Assembly (NCBI GenBank): GCA_003484955.1
Contig: DMZH01000001.1
Span: 23,848 to 87,847 of the forward strand
DNA length: 64,000 bases
Source of the DNA: Candidatus Woesebacteria bacterium
GTDB lineage: Bacteria; Patescibacteriota; Microgenomatia; UBA8517
Direction of reading: 5' to 3'
The translations under genes were made by a program, and so were the position numbers. The notes under the pieces were generated by a model. It searched no databases, was not told where the DNA came from, and worked only from the letters and a program-made list of their open reading frames with translations. The number at the start of each line of letters is the position of its first letter. Within the stretch, counting starts at the first letter, position 1. Shown here one piece after another: positions 26,496 through 36,444 of the stretch.

Positions 26496-26516
26496 ACAGA
26501 GCTCACTCTTTCGCCC

Positions 26517-26822
26517 TCAACCAAACAGTTTCCGAATGAGAATGGTCAAAAGTGACATGTTGTTTTTATTTCCGGAGGAAATTACCGGGCGGGACCAAAC
26601 CGATAGAATAAGCCACTCCTTTTTCTCATTCTGCTTGGCAACAACCTCAATCCTTGTGCCGGCATATGTACGGAAGTATATCCAGGATCCCGGAGCAGAA
26701 CCTTTTCGCGACTCCATAGGACTCCTCCAGGTTGCCCAAGCGTCCCCTTGTTTTATACCTCTTTGACGCATTCTCTCAATGGCATGGTTTGTCCAAATTA
26801 CCCCACCAAAATGATTGTCCAT
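26517..26822 (-). CDS. DUF4258-like protein
   Basis: WTNHAIERMRQRGI...IEVVA...LILSVW. Confidence 0.65.
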   Translation of the reverse strand: MDNHFGGVIWTNHAIERMRQRGIKQGDAWATWRSPMESRKGSAPGSWIYFRTYAGTRIEVVAKQNEKKEWLILSVWSRPVISSGNKNNMSLLTILIRKLFG

Positions 26823-27187
26823 TATTTTTTCGACACCCTCATTTCTGCCGTAACCTCGTCCTGGGGCATTAGTTCCTGAAGAATATCGGAGGATATATTT
26901 TCCAGTTCCTGCTGTAATTCTTTTTCTATATCACCTTTTCCTGTTTTTTCTTTTAAATAACCCAAAATATGCACTTCATCGTGCGGACATTTGTGGAAGA
27001 TCTCTAAAAATTCTTCATGATTATTCCTGGGCAGCCTATCTAATATTTTTTCTACAACTTTGTTGTTAATCACCTCATCAACAAGCTCCCAAAGTTCTTC
27101 CCTCTCTTCTTCCGATGAGGCTGAGTCTTTTATAAATACTTCAATCTCCTCAAAAGCTACTAAATTATCAAAAAAAAGTTTCGTCAT
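26822..27187 (-). CDS. Acidic hypothetical protein
   Basis: 121-aa helical acidic ORF, TAATG-coupled to the DUF4258 gene. Confidence 0.7.
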   Translation of the reverse strand: MTKLFFDNLVAFEEIEVFIKDSASSEEEREELWELVDEVINNKVVEKILDRLPRNNHEEFLEIFHKCPHDEVHILGYLKEKTGKGDIEKELQQELENISSDILQELMPQDEVTAEMRVSKK

Positions 27188-27216
27188 ATTATAATTTCAT
27201 AAATTTCAAGCTTCGC

Positions 27217-28194
27217 TTATCCTTGTATCATTGTAACCCCAGGCAAATCATTTTGATTATAATCAACAGGTCCTAAAGGAACAACATTCTTGGGATCATC
27301 CACAAAAAAGACAATTACTGATCCTTTTTTATATTTTGCCCCACCCAGATAATTCATGACTTCGGGACTTCCACCAAATTGTTTTCCCGTCCAGGCGGCA
27401 GGGCCCGAATCCGCTATATCCGCAACCACTGCATTACCGTTTTGAGTATTAACTACCAAAACTTTTCTGTATTTATACCAGTCCCTGACATATGCCAATC
27501 TTTTTTTCCAATCAGGAAGATATAGAGTTTGTACTACTACATACCACTTCTCTCTTTCAATATCGTCATTGGTCAAATCCGCCTTTGATTTTGTAAAATA
27601 CCCCCATGCTCCGCGTCCGGGAGCCATGCCTTCATCATATTTATCAGTCTTCGGGTGCACCGACATACTGTCTCCAGGATATCTGGCCAGGTGTTGCTCA
27701 GCTCCTATATAACCAAATGTAGTATTCAGGTGTTCCCCTTCCAAAGTTGCTCTTGCATTTATCCCGACAGTCTGATTAAGAACCTGCTCTAACATTTTTT
27801 CCTGGGTTCTTGATAAAGGGCCTGCTTTTTGGGGTAAAATTTGCCGAAAAGAAGTTAAGAGTTTTTCCTGTTTTAATACCCCCGAACTTTCAGATTCAAA
27901 ATCCGAAATATTTTTCACAATTGAGGAGACCACCGGCAGTTCTTTTGATATGCCCGGTGTCGCAAAAAGCAAAGTTCCGGTCAAGGCACCCGTTGTTATT
28001 GCCTTAGCGGAGTGGGAACGGATTTTTCCAAGATCAATTCCATTTTCCGATAGAAATTTTTGAACATGAGGATATTTTTCAAAAAGACTGCTTTTTGCCT
28101 GTAAACTTTTAAGTTTTAGCTTGTTCCTGAGAAATTCCGAATCGACTTTTTCCTTGCTTATCTTGTAAGTTGTGTTGGGCGAGTCATGAGCCAT
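27217..28194 (-). CDS. Hypothetical protein, possible C-terminal RlpA-like double-psi beta-barrel
   Basis: Hydrophobic segment near residues 63-80; KVLVVN...AVVADIADSGP...FGGSPEVM. Confidence 0.55.
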   Translation of the reverse strand: MAHDSPNTTYKISKEKVDSEFLRNKLKLKSLQAKSSLFEKYPHVQKFLSENGIDLGKIRSHSAKAITTGALTGTLLFATPGISKELPVVSSIVKNISDFESESSGVLKQEKLLTSFRQILPQKAGPLSRTQEKMLEQVLNQTVGINARATLEGEHLNTTFGYIGAEQHLARYPGDSMSVHPKTDKYDEGMAPGRGAWGYFTKSKADLTNDDIEREKWYVVVQTLYLPDWKKRLAYVRDWYKYRKVLVVNTQNGNAVVADIADSGPAAWTGKQFGGSPEVMNYLGGAKYKKGSVIVFFVDDPKNVVPLGPVDYNQNDLPGVTMIQG

Positions 28195-28200
28195 AAATTA

Positions 28201-28235
28201 ATTAATAATGAACAATTTACAATTAATAATTCAAA
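28201..28235. repeat. Degenerate 7-nt tandem repeat (intergenic)
   Basis: ATTAATA ATGAACA ATTTACA ATTAATA ATTCAAA. Confidence 0.55.
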
Positions 28236-28240
28236 AAAAA

Positions 28241-29587
28241 TTAGAGAACGGACTTTAGTCTATTAATTGTTTTGTCTTTGCCTAAAATAATAATTGAGTC
28301 GTTAATCGGTGGAGTAAATTTAGATCCGGTAAGTGCAACTCTTAAATCCATGAAAAAATCTCCGATTTTATATCCCTTTTCTTTAATCTTGGCCATTAGC
28401 TTGTCATTTAATTCCTCTAATTCCCATTTATCAATATTGCTAATTATATTAAGCGCATCAGTTAAGTGACTATCAGAATTACCTCCCAAAATGGCTTTGT
28501 CGACTTTATGCGGTTTCCAAAAAAAGCCTGCAATATTTTCCAGATCGGAAATCTTTGCAATTCTATCCTTAACCAATTTTGTTATCTGAAGTTGTTTTTC
28601 TTCAGTAAGCTCTGCAAATTTTTCATTTTGAATTTTAAATTTTGAATTTAAACTTTCATCGGAAAGTTTCCTGATATATTCTCCGTTAAACCAGTCCAAT
28701 TTATTCTGCAAAAACCTCGGATTTGCTTCCTGAAAACCCTGAATATCAAAATGTTCAACAAATTCAGAAAGTGTAAAAAGTTCACGGTTGTCTTTTGGTG
28801 CCCAGCCGAGAAGCATAATAAAATTCAGAAGTGCTTCCGGAAGATAACCTTCCTGTAAAAATTGCTCCGCAAAAACCGAATCTCTTCTTTTGCTTAACTT
28901 TTTCCCTGTCGTAGCAGAAAGAATATCTGTTAAATGTCCTATCTCCGGCCTTTTTCCACCCAGATATTCGAAAACCAAAAGATGAATCGGAGTACTCGGA
29001 AGCCAGTCATGACCTCTCAAAATGTGAGAGATCTTCATATCAAGATCATCAACCATTGCCGCTAAATGATAGGTCGGAAACCCATCCGATTTGAGAAGCG
29101 TGGCATCATAAACCGTGTCTGTGTTCCAGGAAATATCTTTTTTGTGTACAAAGTCATAGTAGGTTAAAACTTTGTTTTCAGGAACTTTCAATTTTATTGC
29201 ACCCGAGCTTAATTTTTTATCGCGGCATGGGTCGCGAAGTACATTGGAAAATCCTTCCTCCTTTGCATTTTTTGCCTTGCATTGGCAATAAAACGCGTGG
29301 CCCTCTTCAACCAGTTTCTTGGCGGCCTTTTCGTAAATGCCGGTTTTGTGCCGCTCCGACTGAACGTAAATTTCATCCCACAGTAAATTAAATTTTTTAA
29401 GGGTGTCTTGAATTGCCTGGGTAGAACCCGCCACTTCTCTTTTTTGATCCGTATCTTCAATTCTTAATATAAAATCGCCTCCTTCGTGGCGTGCCAGGGC
29501 GAAAGCGTAAAGCGCAGTTCTAAGACTACCTATATGTAAAAATCCCGTAGGACTTGGTGCAAAACGTGCACGAACTTTTGATCCCAT
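28241..29587 (-). CDS. gltX: Glutamate--tRNA ligase
   Basis: RFAPSPTGFLHIG, LRIEDTD, PTYH, KLSKR. Confidence 0.97.
   Translation of the reverse strand: MGSKVRARFAPSPTGFLHIGSLRTALYAFALARHEGGDFILRIEDTDQKREVAGSTQAIQDTLKKFNLLWDEIYVQSERHKTGIYEKAAKKLVEEGHAFYCQCKAKNAKEEGFSNVLRDPCRDKKLSSGAIKLKVPENKVLTYYDFVHKKDISWNTDTVYDATLLKSDGFPTYHLAAMVDDLDMKISHILRGHDWLPSTPIHLLVFEYLGGKRPEIGHLTDILSATTGKKLSKRRDSVFAEQFLQEGYLPEALLNFIMLLGWAPKDNRELFTLSEFVEHFDIQGFQEANPRFLQNKLDWFNGEYIRKLSDESLNSKFKIQNEKFAELTEEKQLQITKLVKDRIAKISDLENIAGFFWKPHKVDKAILGGNSDSHLTDALNIISNIDKWELEELNDKLMAKIKEKGYKIGDFFMDLRVALTGSKFTPPINDSIIILGKDKTINRLKSVL
28620..28654. repeat. Degenerate 7-nt tandem repeat inside gltX
   Basis: TTTTCAT TTTGAAT TTTAAAT TTTGAAT TTAAACT (encodes LNSKFKIQNEK). 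Confidence 0.65.
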
Positions 29588-29668
29588 AAATGGATTTTAC
29601 AACATACTACATTGATTTCCCATAGAGTGCATTGAACAGGAAGCTCCGGAACTATATACTAAATCGGT

Positions 29669-30727
29669 ATGACCTCACTCACTAAAATAGCCATTACCTC
29701 CCGAAAGGTAATCAGGTATGGAATTTATCTTATTATTTTTCTTATTGTAGGAAGAATTTTTCTTGATTTGGGGGTAAAAATCTATAAAAAGGTCTTTCCG
29801 GCTCCACCCCCGGCCCCGACTGTCAGATACGGCAAACTGACAAAAATTCCTTTTCCGGAAAATGGGGTTACCGCAAAACTGACCTATACCATTGAAACAG
29901 CCGAGGGCGGGCTTCCTACAAACATTCCGACCCAAGCAAAAGTATATTTTATGCCAAAAACCAGCGCTAATTTGCTTTCTTTGGACACAGCCAAAAGTAA
30001 AGCCGCCGCTCTGGGATTTGGCACCGATGTCCAGCAAGTTTCGGATACCGTTTACAAATTCAAAAATTCAAATTATCCATCGACATTGCAGATGAATATT
30101 ATTACCGGTACTTTCTCGATCAGCTACGACCTTATTAGTGATAAAAGTCCTATTGACCTAAAACCACCCGTTGCAGAGGTGGCAGCATCAGATTTCAGAT
30201 CGTTTCTTTCGGAAGCAAATGTTTTACCGGGGGATTTGACCGGATCTGTAACCCACGATTTTTTGAAAATCTCAAACGGACAACTTGTGAGTGCTTTATC
30301 TCTTTCTGAGGCAAATTTCGTAAAAATAAATTTATTCAGGAAAAATTACGACGATCTGCCAAGTGTGACGGAGAATCCGAATCAGGCAAATGTTTGGGCA
30401 ATTATAAGCGGTGCCAGGAATCAGGGTCAACAGATTATTGCCTCCGAATATCACTATAACGAAGTTGATGAATCCCAATATTCGACCTATCCGATCAAAA
30501 CCCCAACCGAGGCACTAACCGAGCTGCAGGCTGGAAAGGTTTTTATTGCCAACCTTGGTCTTAATGAAAATGAAGGAACCCTCAAAATCAGGCGTGTATT
30601 TCTTGCATATTTTGACCCTGATGCCATAACTGAGTACTATCAGCCAATTTATGTTTTTGAGGGAGATAACGGATTTATAGCATACCTTCCCGCAGTCATT
30701 TCTGATTACTATCAAGCGCAACAGTGA
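29669..30727 (+). CDS. Hypothetical membrane-anchored extracellular protein
   Basis: 352-aa ORF with N-terminal TM and Pro-rich stalk; C-terminal LAY...YYQPIYVF.G. Confidence 0.8.
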   Translation: MTSLTKIAITSRKVIRYGIYLIIFLIVGRIFLDLGVKIYKKVFPAPPPAPTVRYGKLTKIPFPENGVTAKLTYTIETAEGGLPTNIPTQAKVYFMPKTSANLLSLDTAKSKAAALGFGTDVQQVSDTVYKFKNSNYPSTLQMNIITGTFSISYDLISDKSPIDLKPPVAEVAASDFRSFLSEANVLPGDLTGSVTHDFLKISNGQLVSALSLSEANFVKINLFRKNYDDLPSVTENPNQANVWAIISGARNQGQQIIASEYHYNEVDESQYSTYPIKTPTEALTELQAGKVFIANLGLNENEGTLKIRRVFLAYFDPDAITEYYQPIYVFEGDNGFIAYLPAVISDYYQAQQ

Positions 30728-30730
30728 TTT

Positions 30731-31687
30731 TCATCTCTTGCCGTCCGCAACTGGCATGGAAATTCTCACTTTCTGCCATTCGTAGTTAGAAAATGTCCAA
30801 TCGATAAGTTCCTTTGTTTCACCAAACCTGTCCTGACTTCCAAGAATGGCAATCATAATTTTATGGTTATCACGTTCAACATAGGTAATCAGATTCTCGC
30901 GTGCATTTTCTGTCCAACCCGTCTTAACTCCCAAAACTCCGGGTACTTCCCCCAACAGTTCGTTAACATTTCCCAAATTATATTTTATTTTACCTGTGGC
31001 GTCGGTCAGGGTGATGGATTTTGTGCCGACAATTTTTGCAAACTCGGGGTTTCTCATTGCAACTTCAGAGGCTCTTACCATGTCTTTCGCCGTGGATCTT
31101 TGACTATCACCGTCAAGCCCGACAGGATTTGTGAATTTTGAATTTTCCATAGAGAGATCGCGAGCTTTTATATTCATCGCATCTATAAAAGCATCATACC
31201 CTCCAGGGTAGCTACCCGCCAAAGTCATTGCGGCATCATTTGCGGAATAGACCAAAAGTCCGTAAAGAAGATCTTTAACTCTCATTTGTTCCCCGGAATA
31301 AAGTCCCATTTTTTGTCCGTCAACACCTGCGCCTTTTGGTACAGTCAATATTTGGTCAAGCGAATATACGTCAAGGGCGACGAGGGCGGTGATTATTTTC
31401 GTTGTCGACGCCGGAAGAAGTTTTGCATCAGGATTTTTTTCGTAAAGACTAATCCCGGTTCCCAAATCAACCACCATTGCGCCTTGGGCAGAGACAACCG
31501 GAAAAGAAGATCCGTTTCTCAAAATTGGATTTGCCGGAAATTCTTTAGGAAGGAATGTGAGAGTGGGTTTTTTTGACAGGTAGGGGGTGGTTGTTGAAAG
31601 ACTCATTGCACTTGAGGCCAAAAAAACAAAAACTATCATAACAAAATATAAAAAATAGTTTTTATTTATATGAAATTTCATTTGCAT
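30731..31687 (-). CDS. dacA: D-alanyl-D-alanine carboxypeptidase (peptidase S11)
   Basis: PASTTK (SxxK), SAN (SxN), VKTG; start trimmed to ATG 31687. Confidence 0.9.
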   Translation of the reverse strand: MQMKFHINKNYFLYFVMIVFVFLASSAMSLSTTTPYLSKKPTLTFLPKEFPANPILRNGSSFPVVSAQGAMVVDLGTGISLYEKNPDAKLLPASTTKIITALVALDVYSLDQILTVPKGAGVDGQKMGLYSGEQMRVKDLLYGLLVYSANDAAMTLAGSYPGGYDAFIDAMNIKARDLSMENSKFTNPVGLDGDSQRSTAKDMVRASEVAMRNPEFAKIVGTKSITLTDATGKIKYNLGNVNELLGEVPGVLGVKTGWTENARENLITYVERDNHKIMIAILGSQDRFGETKELIDWTFSNYEWQKVRISMPVADGKR

Positions 31688-31697
31688 TTTTGAAGCT

Positions 31698-33011
31698 TCA
31701 TCTGGAAAATCGAAGATCCACCCTTTCCATGTCTCTGGGAAAAAGCGATGCTTCTCGAACATTTTTAAGACCCAATATATGCATTGTTACCCGCTCCGCC
31801 CCTAAGGCAAATCCACCCAAAGGAGGGACACCAAATTTAAATGACTGTAAATAAAGCTCTATATCCTTCTCCTTCAACCCCCACTCTTTTACATGTTCAA
31901 GAATCACCTTGTAATCATTGAGTCTTTGGCCTCCGCTTGACCACTCAACACCCCGACCCAAAAGATCCACTGAAAATGCGTAACTCGGATCCTCAGGATC
32001 CGGGGAAACATAAAATGGCTTTTTCTTAGTTACAAAATGAGAAATATAGACAAGATCGCTGCCCTTTTCCTCAAGTGACCACTTACAGATTTCGCGCTCG
32101 TCTTCAGGTGCCAGATCTTTTTCGGCTCGAACATCTCTTCCTGTTCTTTTATAAATAATTTTCTGAGCTTCCTTCAATTTCAGGACAGGAATCTTGTCCG
32201 AAATCTTCGGCAGTGTCGCATCAAATAAGGCAAGCTCGTCCGAACATTTCTTTTCCACCTCGGAAAAAATAAAGCGGATGACGTACTCTTCCATATCCAA
32301 CACATCTTTCCACGAATCTATAAAACCAAATTCTGCATCCAGACTTGTTGCCTCTGTTAAATGACGTGTAGTTACGGAGGGTTCGGCTCTAAATATTTGG
32401 TTGACGCTAAAAACACGTTCAAAAATTCCGACTAAAAGTGATTTATAAAGTTGAGGACTTTGGGAAAGGTAGGCTTCATGGTCAAAATATTTAACCTTGA
32501 AAACTTCAGCCCCACCCTCGGGAACGGAGGAAATGATGGAAGGAGCCTGAAATTCAATAAAATCTTTTTTAAGAAGCGCCTGCCTGAAAGCATCTATTAT
32601 CACAGCCTGAACTTTGAAAATAGCCTGCTGTTTTTTATGCCTTAGTGTTAACGCACGGTAGTCCAAAAGGGTCGGCAAATCTACATTCAGATCCTCCCCG
32701 CCCATGTCAAATGGGAGTTCGGCGGCAGGACTAAGCACTTTGAGTGACTCAATCTGAATCTCGACCGATCCTGTGGCAATTTTGGGGTTAATCAATTTTT
32801 CCGGCCTTTCCGAAATAGTACCCATTATCTCGATTACCGATTCGGGAGAGACACGCTTGAGACTCTCGCCGACACACTGAATAATTCCGCTTCTGTCTCT
32901 TAAATCGATAAAAGTTATTTTTCCGTGGTCGCGAATGGTATTTGCCCAGCCTTCAAGACGGACTTTTTGACCAACTTTGCCTACAGTATCGGCAATAAGG
33001 CTTCTTTCCAT
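31698..33011 (-). CDS. aspS: Aspartate--tRNA(Asn/Asp) ligase, archaeal-type non-discriminating
   Basis: OB-fold IRDHGKITFIDLRD, PEGGAEVF, LSQSPQLYK, FRAE, GAER, LFPRD; short, no GAD insertion; ATG 33011 is 6 nt after TAGAAT. Confidence 0.9.
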   Translation of the reverse strand: MERSLIADTVGKVGQKVRLEGWANTIRDHGKITFIDLRDRSGIIQCVGESLKRVSPESVIEIMGTISERPEKLINPKIATGSVEIQIESLKVLSPAAELPFDMGGEDLNVDLPTLLDYRALTLRHKKQQAIFKVQAVIIDAFRQALLKKDFIEFQAPSIISSVPEGGAEVFKVKYFDHEAYLSQSPQLYKSLLVGIFERVFSVNQIFRAEPSVTTRHLTEATSLDAEFGFIDSWKDVLDMEEYVIRFIFSEVEKKCSDELALFDATLPKISDKIPVLKLKEAQKIIYKRTGRDVRAEKDLAPEDEREICKWSLEEKGSDLVYISHFVTKKKPFYVSPDPEDPSYAFSVDLLGRGVEWSSGGQRLNDYKVILEHVKEWGLKEKDIELYLQSFKFGVPPLGGFALGAERVTMHILGLKNVREASLFPRDMERVDLRFSR

Positions 33012-33117
33012 AGTCATATTCTAATGCACAAAGAGCACGAAATCTAGAATCGCTTGATTCCGGTATAAAATTAATATAACATAACCATCTCAGTCGGCAT
33101 TTTGCCAGTAAACTAAT

Positions 33118-33399
33118 ATGTCTACATCAAAGGAATGTCCACTCTACAATGAATGCGGCTTCGTCAAATGGAGGATAGAACGCCCGGATTCTCATATTCC
33201 ACCACTACCTAAAGACGGTGATTGTGGCAAACCGGCGGTTACATGCGGAAGGCTGGAGGAAAGTCATCCTGTTGGTATAAGCCTGAGCGTCACGGATTAT
33301 GGACCGAAAACATATGAAGAAATTGTAATCGGTTTCCCGGAAATACCAAACGAAAACGGCAGGCCGCCTCGCAGACTTGTCGGCAGCGGAAGCGGGTAA
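33118..33399 (+). CDS. Hypothetical 4-Cys small protein
   Basis: 93-aa ORF with CPLYNEC...DCGKPAVTC filling the aspS-recJ gap. Confidence 0.55.
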   Translation: MSTSKECPLYNECGFVKWRIERPDSHIPPLPKDGDCGKPAVTCGRLEESHPVGISLSVTDYGPKTYEEIVIGFPEIPNENGRPPRRLVGSGSG

Positions 33400-33408
33400 T
33401 CGGGTTTT

Positions 33409-35034
33409 TTAGGAAACTATTTCTATATCCCTGATCTTGAGCTGGATGGATTCGTTTCCCATCCAAACATTCTTCTCCGGCGAATACACCAAGTCCAATT
33501 TTGACCCAGGAGCCAGTTCTGGGTAAATTTCTCCCCCACCAAAATATATTGAATCAAAAATGTGTTCACCTTGCTTTAGTTTCAGCTTAAGGTGTCTTGC
33601 CTCCCTACCAACCGATTTTACACTAATAATTTCGACGCCGCGCGTCACAAAAGTTGCGCCGGGGTTCCCCAACCCGGTCGGTTCAAATTGTTTAAGTTGT
33701 TCAATAAGTCCGGGATTAATTTCTCCGAAATTAAGTTCCATGTCAATTCTTAATTTTTTTTGCAGCAATTCATCCGTCAGTAGTTTATCGGCAAACTTGT
33801 TTATTTCCTTTGCAAACTTTCCAATTTTACCGGTTTCAATTGAAAATCCAGCAGCCATTGGATGCCCACCGCCTTCCAAATGAAGACTTACAGCCCTGAT
33901 CGCTTCAATAATATTAAATCCGGAGATTGACCGAGCAGAAGCTTTTGAAACTTTCCCCTTTGTGGAAAAAACAATTGCGGGACGGTAAAATTCTTCAACC
34001 AGACGTCCCGCTGCCAAACCGATTACCCCTTCATGATATTTTTCTCCCGCTATAACAATAATTTTTTGACTGGTTACACTTTTGCGGGCAAGTATGAGTA
34101 CTTCTTCAACCATTTTCTGCCGTTCGGAATTGGTACCTCCAATATTTTTTGCAATCTCAAAAGCTTTTAATTTATTTTTTGTGCAAAGCAGACGTAATGA
34201 TTCGATTCCCTGTTTAAGGCGTCCCATTGCATTTATTCTCGGAGCGATTATATAGCCAACCTCGTAAACACCGACATTTTCTATCCTCGCTTCCTTAAAA
34301 AGAGCCATCAGTCCGGGTCTTTTCGTGCGATTTAATTCTTCAAGCCCATGTTTAACAACCGACCTGTTGGGCCCTATAAGAGGCATCTGGTCGGCAATTG
34401 TTCCAATGGCAGCAAGTTCCAAACCAGTGGTTGGTAAATCCTGAACCATGGATAGTTCCTTCGCAAAAAACCAAGCAAGTGCGGAGCCACAAACCAATGT
34501 AGAATGAATAATAGAGAACGCATGATTTTTCTCTTCCCCTTTTTGATGGTGATCAACAATAATCACGTCTATTCCCAATTCTTTAGCTTTTCTTATACCT
34601 TCATATGCGACAATGCCGTTATCTACTGTAATAATTAATTTTAAATTTTTAATTTTTAATTTTAAATTGTTAACACTTTCGGCATTAATGCCATACCCTT
34701 CTTCAAATCTATCGGGTATGTGCGGTAAAACATCTAACCCAAAAGAATGCAAAGCCTCCCACATTATGGCTGTTGCCGTAATCCCATCGGCGTCATAGTC
34801 TCCATAAACAACCACAAATTCTTTATTCTTTTTGGCTCTTTTGATTCTAGCAATAGCTTTTTTTACGGACTCATCACTAATTTCAAATGCTTTCAATTTT
34901 ATTTTTCTGGGATCCGTGGGGTGAAAAAATTCTTTTTCCTCTCTTTCTGTTTTAATCCCTCGATTTTTTAGAAGTGTTTTAATTATCTGCCTGCTGTTTT
35001 CTGCTTTTTCTTTTCTTAATATTTCCCATTTCAT
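33409..35034 (-). CDS. recJ: Single-stranded-DNA-specific exonuclease RecJ
   Basis: YGDYDADG, ITVDNG, DHH, PRINAMGR, GGGHPMAAG; ATG 35034 is 6 nt after TATACT. Confidence 0.95.
   Translation of the reverse strand: MKWEILRKEKAENSRQIIKTLLKNRGIKTEREEKEFFHPTDPRKIKLKAFEISDESVKKAIARIKRAKKNKEFVVVYGDYDADGITATAIMWEALHSFGLDVLPHIPDRFEEGYGINAESVNNLKLKIKNLKLIITVDNGIVAYEGIRKAKELGIDVIIVDHHQKGEEKNHAFSIIHSTLVCGSALAWFFAKELSMVQDLPTTGLELAAIGTIADQMPLIGPNRSVVKHGLEELNRTKRPGLMALFKEARIENVGVYEVGYIIAPRINAMGRLKQGIESLRLLCTKNKLKAFEIAKNIGGTNSERQKMVEEVLILARKSVTSQKIIVIAGEKYHEGVIGLAAGRLVEEFYRPAIVFSTKGKVSKASARSISGFNIIEAIRAVSLHLEGGGHPMAAGFSIETGKIGKFAKEINKFADKLLTDELLQKKLRIDMELNFGEINPGLIEQLKQFEPTGLGNPGATFVTRGVEIISVKSVGREARHLKLKLKQGEHIFDSIYFGGGEIYPELAPGSKLDLVYSPEKNVWMGNESIQLKIRDIEIVS
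34633..34674. repeat. Degenerate 7-nt tandem repeat inside recJ
   Basis: AATTAAT TTTAAAT TTTTAAT TTTTAAT TTTAAAT TGTTAAC (encodes VNNLKLKIKNLKLI). Confidence 0.7.
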
Positions 35035-35091
35035 ACCAGAAGTATATGATACTTCATCGGCAGAAGAAACCATAGCTGTTATAATCAAGTA

Positions 35092-36444
35092 ATGACCAAT
35101 ATTAAATTACCAAAATCTGTAGAGGAAATTCTGGAAAAGTTTACCCAGGCAGGATATGAAATTTACATCGTCGGCGGAGCCGTACGGGATACTCTAATGG
35201 GCAGGTTTGTTAACGATTGGGATTTTACTACAAATGCCACCCCCGAAGAGATTTTAAAGGTAATTCCCGGCGGACTTTACAATAATCAGTTCGGCACGGT
35301 TTTTACCGATAATCCCGATGATCCCGAAAAGCCCCATGAAATCACAACTTTCAGAACTGAAGAAGGTTATTCCGACGCAAGACATCCCGACAAAATCACC
35401 TGGGGAAAAACGCTCGAAGAAGATTTGTCCCGACGCGATTTTACGATTAATTCACTTGCTCTTAATAAGAATCTTGAAGTGGTCGATCTGTATAAAGGTC
35501 AGGGAGACATAAAAAATAAACTGATCTGTGCGGTGGGCGATCCCGACGCCCGATTTTCTGAGGATGCCTTAAGAATGATGAGGGCGGTAAGAATCGCGGC
35601 GGAGCTCGGATTTACAATCGAGGAAAAAACTTTTGAGGCAATCAAAAAAAACGCACCATTAATAAATAAAATCGCCAAAGAAAGGGTAAAAGAAGAGTTT
35701 TTCAAACTTATATCCTCCCCGAATCCGTACGACGGAATTATCATCTTTAAAAATTGCGGGCTTATGCAGGAAATTTTACCGGAAATGGAAAAATGTTTCG
35801 GAGTCGAGCAAAAGTCGCCGGGAAGACATCACATTTATGATGTTGGCAATCATCTTTTAATGTCCTTAAAAAATTGTAAATCAAAAGACCCTGTAACCCG
35901 GTTTGCAACCTTAATCCACGACATAGGAAAGCCCCAGACCTACAGAAAATTGGGTACAGGAGTGATAACTTTCTACAACCATGAAATGGTTTCTACAAAA
36001 ATAGCCGAAAACATCGCAGACAGGCTTAAATTTTCCAACAAAGAAAAGGATAAATTTATAAGACTTATCCGCTGGCATCAATTTTCAGTCGACGAAAGAC
36101 AAACCGACTCAGCCCTACGAAGATTTTTACGGAATGTAGGCCCAGAAAATGTTGAGGACATGCTGGCGCTTCGCGTTGGAGATAGACTCGGTGGTGGCGC
36201 CAGAGAAACTTCCTGGAGGCTTGAAGAATTCAAGAAAAGAATAATTGAAGTACGAAAACAACCTTTCTCCATTAGTGATTTAAAAATCGACGGAAATGAC
36301 ATCATGAAAAAGTTGAATATTAAACCCGGACCGGAAGTGGGAAAAATATTAGGTGAGCTATTTGATAAAGTCGTAGAAAAGAAAGTTGAAAATAATAAAG
36401 AAACGCTGATCAAAGAATTAAAAAGTCTTAGAAAAATTATTTAG
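35092..36444 (+). CDS. cca: CCA-adding tRNA nucleotidyltransferase with HD domain
   Basis: VGGAVRD, DWD, RRDFTIN, EDALRMMR, IHDIGK. Confidence 0.9.
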   Translation: MTNIKLPKSVEEILEKFTQAGYEIYIVGGAVRDTLMGRFVNDWDFTTNATPEEILKVIPGGLYNNQFGTVFTDNPDDPEKPHEITTFRTEEGYSDARHPDKITWGKTLEEDLSRRDFTINSLALNKNLEVVDLYKGQGDIKNKLICAVGDPDARFSEDALRMMRAVRIAAELGFTIEEKTFEAIKKNAPLINKIAKERVKEEFFKLISSPNPYDGIIIFKNCGLMQEILPEMEKCFGVEQKSPGRHHIYDVGNHLLMSLKNCKSKDPVTRFATLIHDIGKPQTYRKLGTGVITFYNHEMVSTKIAENIADRLKFSNKEKDKFIRLIRWHQFSVDERQTDSALRRFLRNVGPENVEDMLALRVGDRLGGGARETSWRLEEFKKRIIEVRKQPFSISDLKIDGNDIMKKLNIKPGPEVGKILGELFDKVVEKKVENNKETLIKELKSLRKII

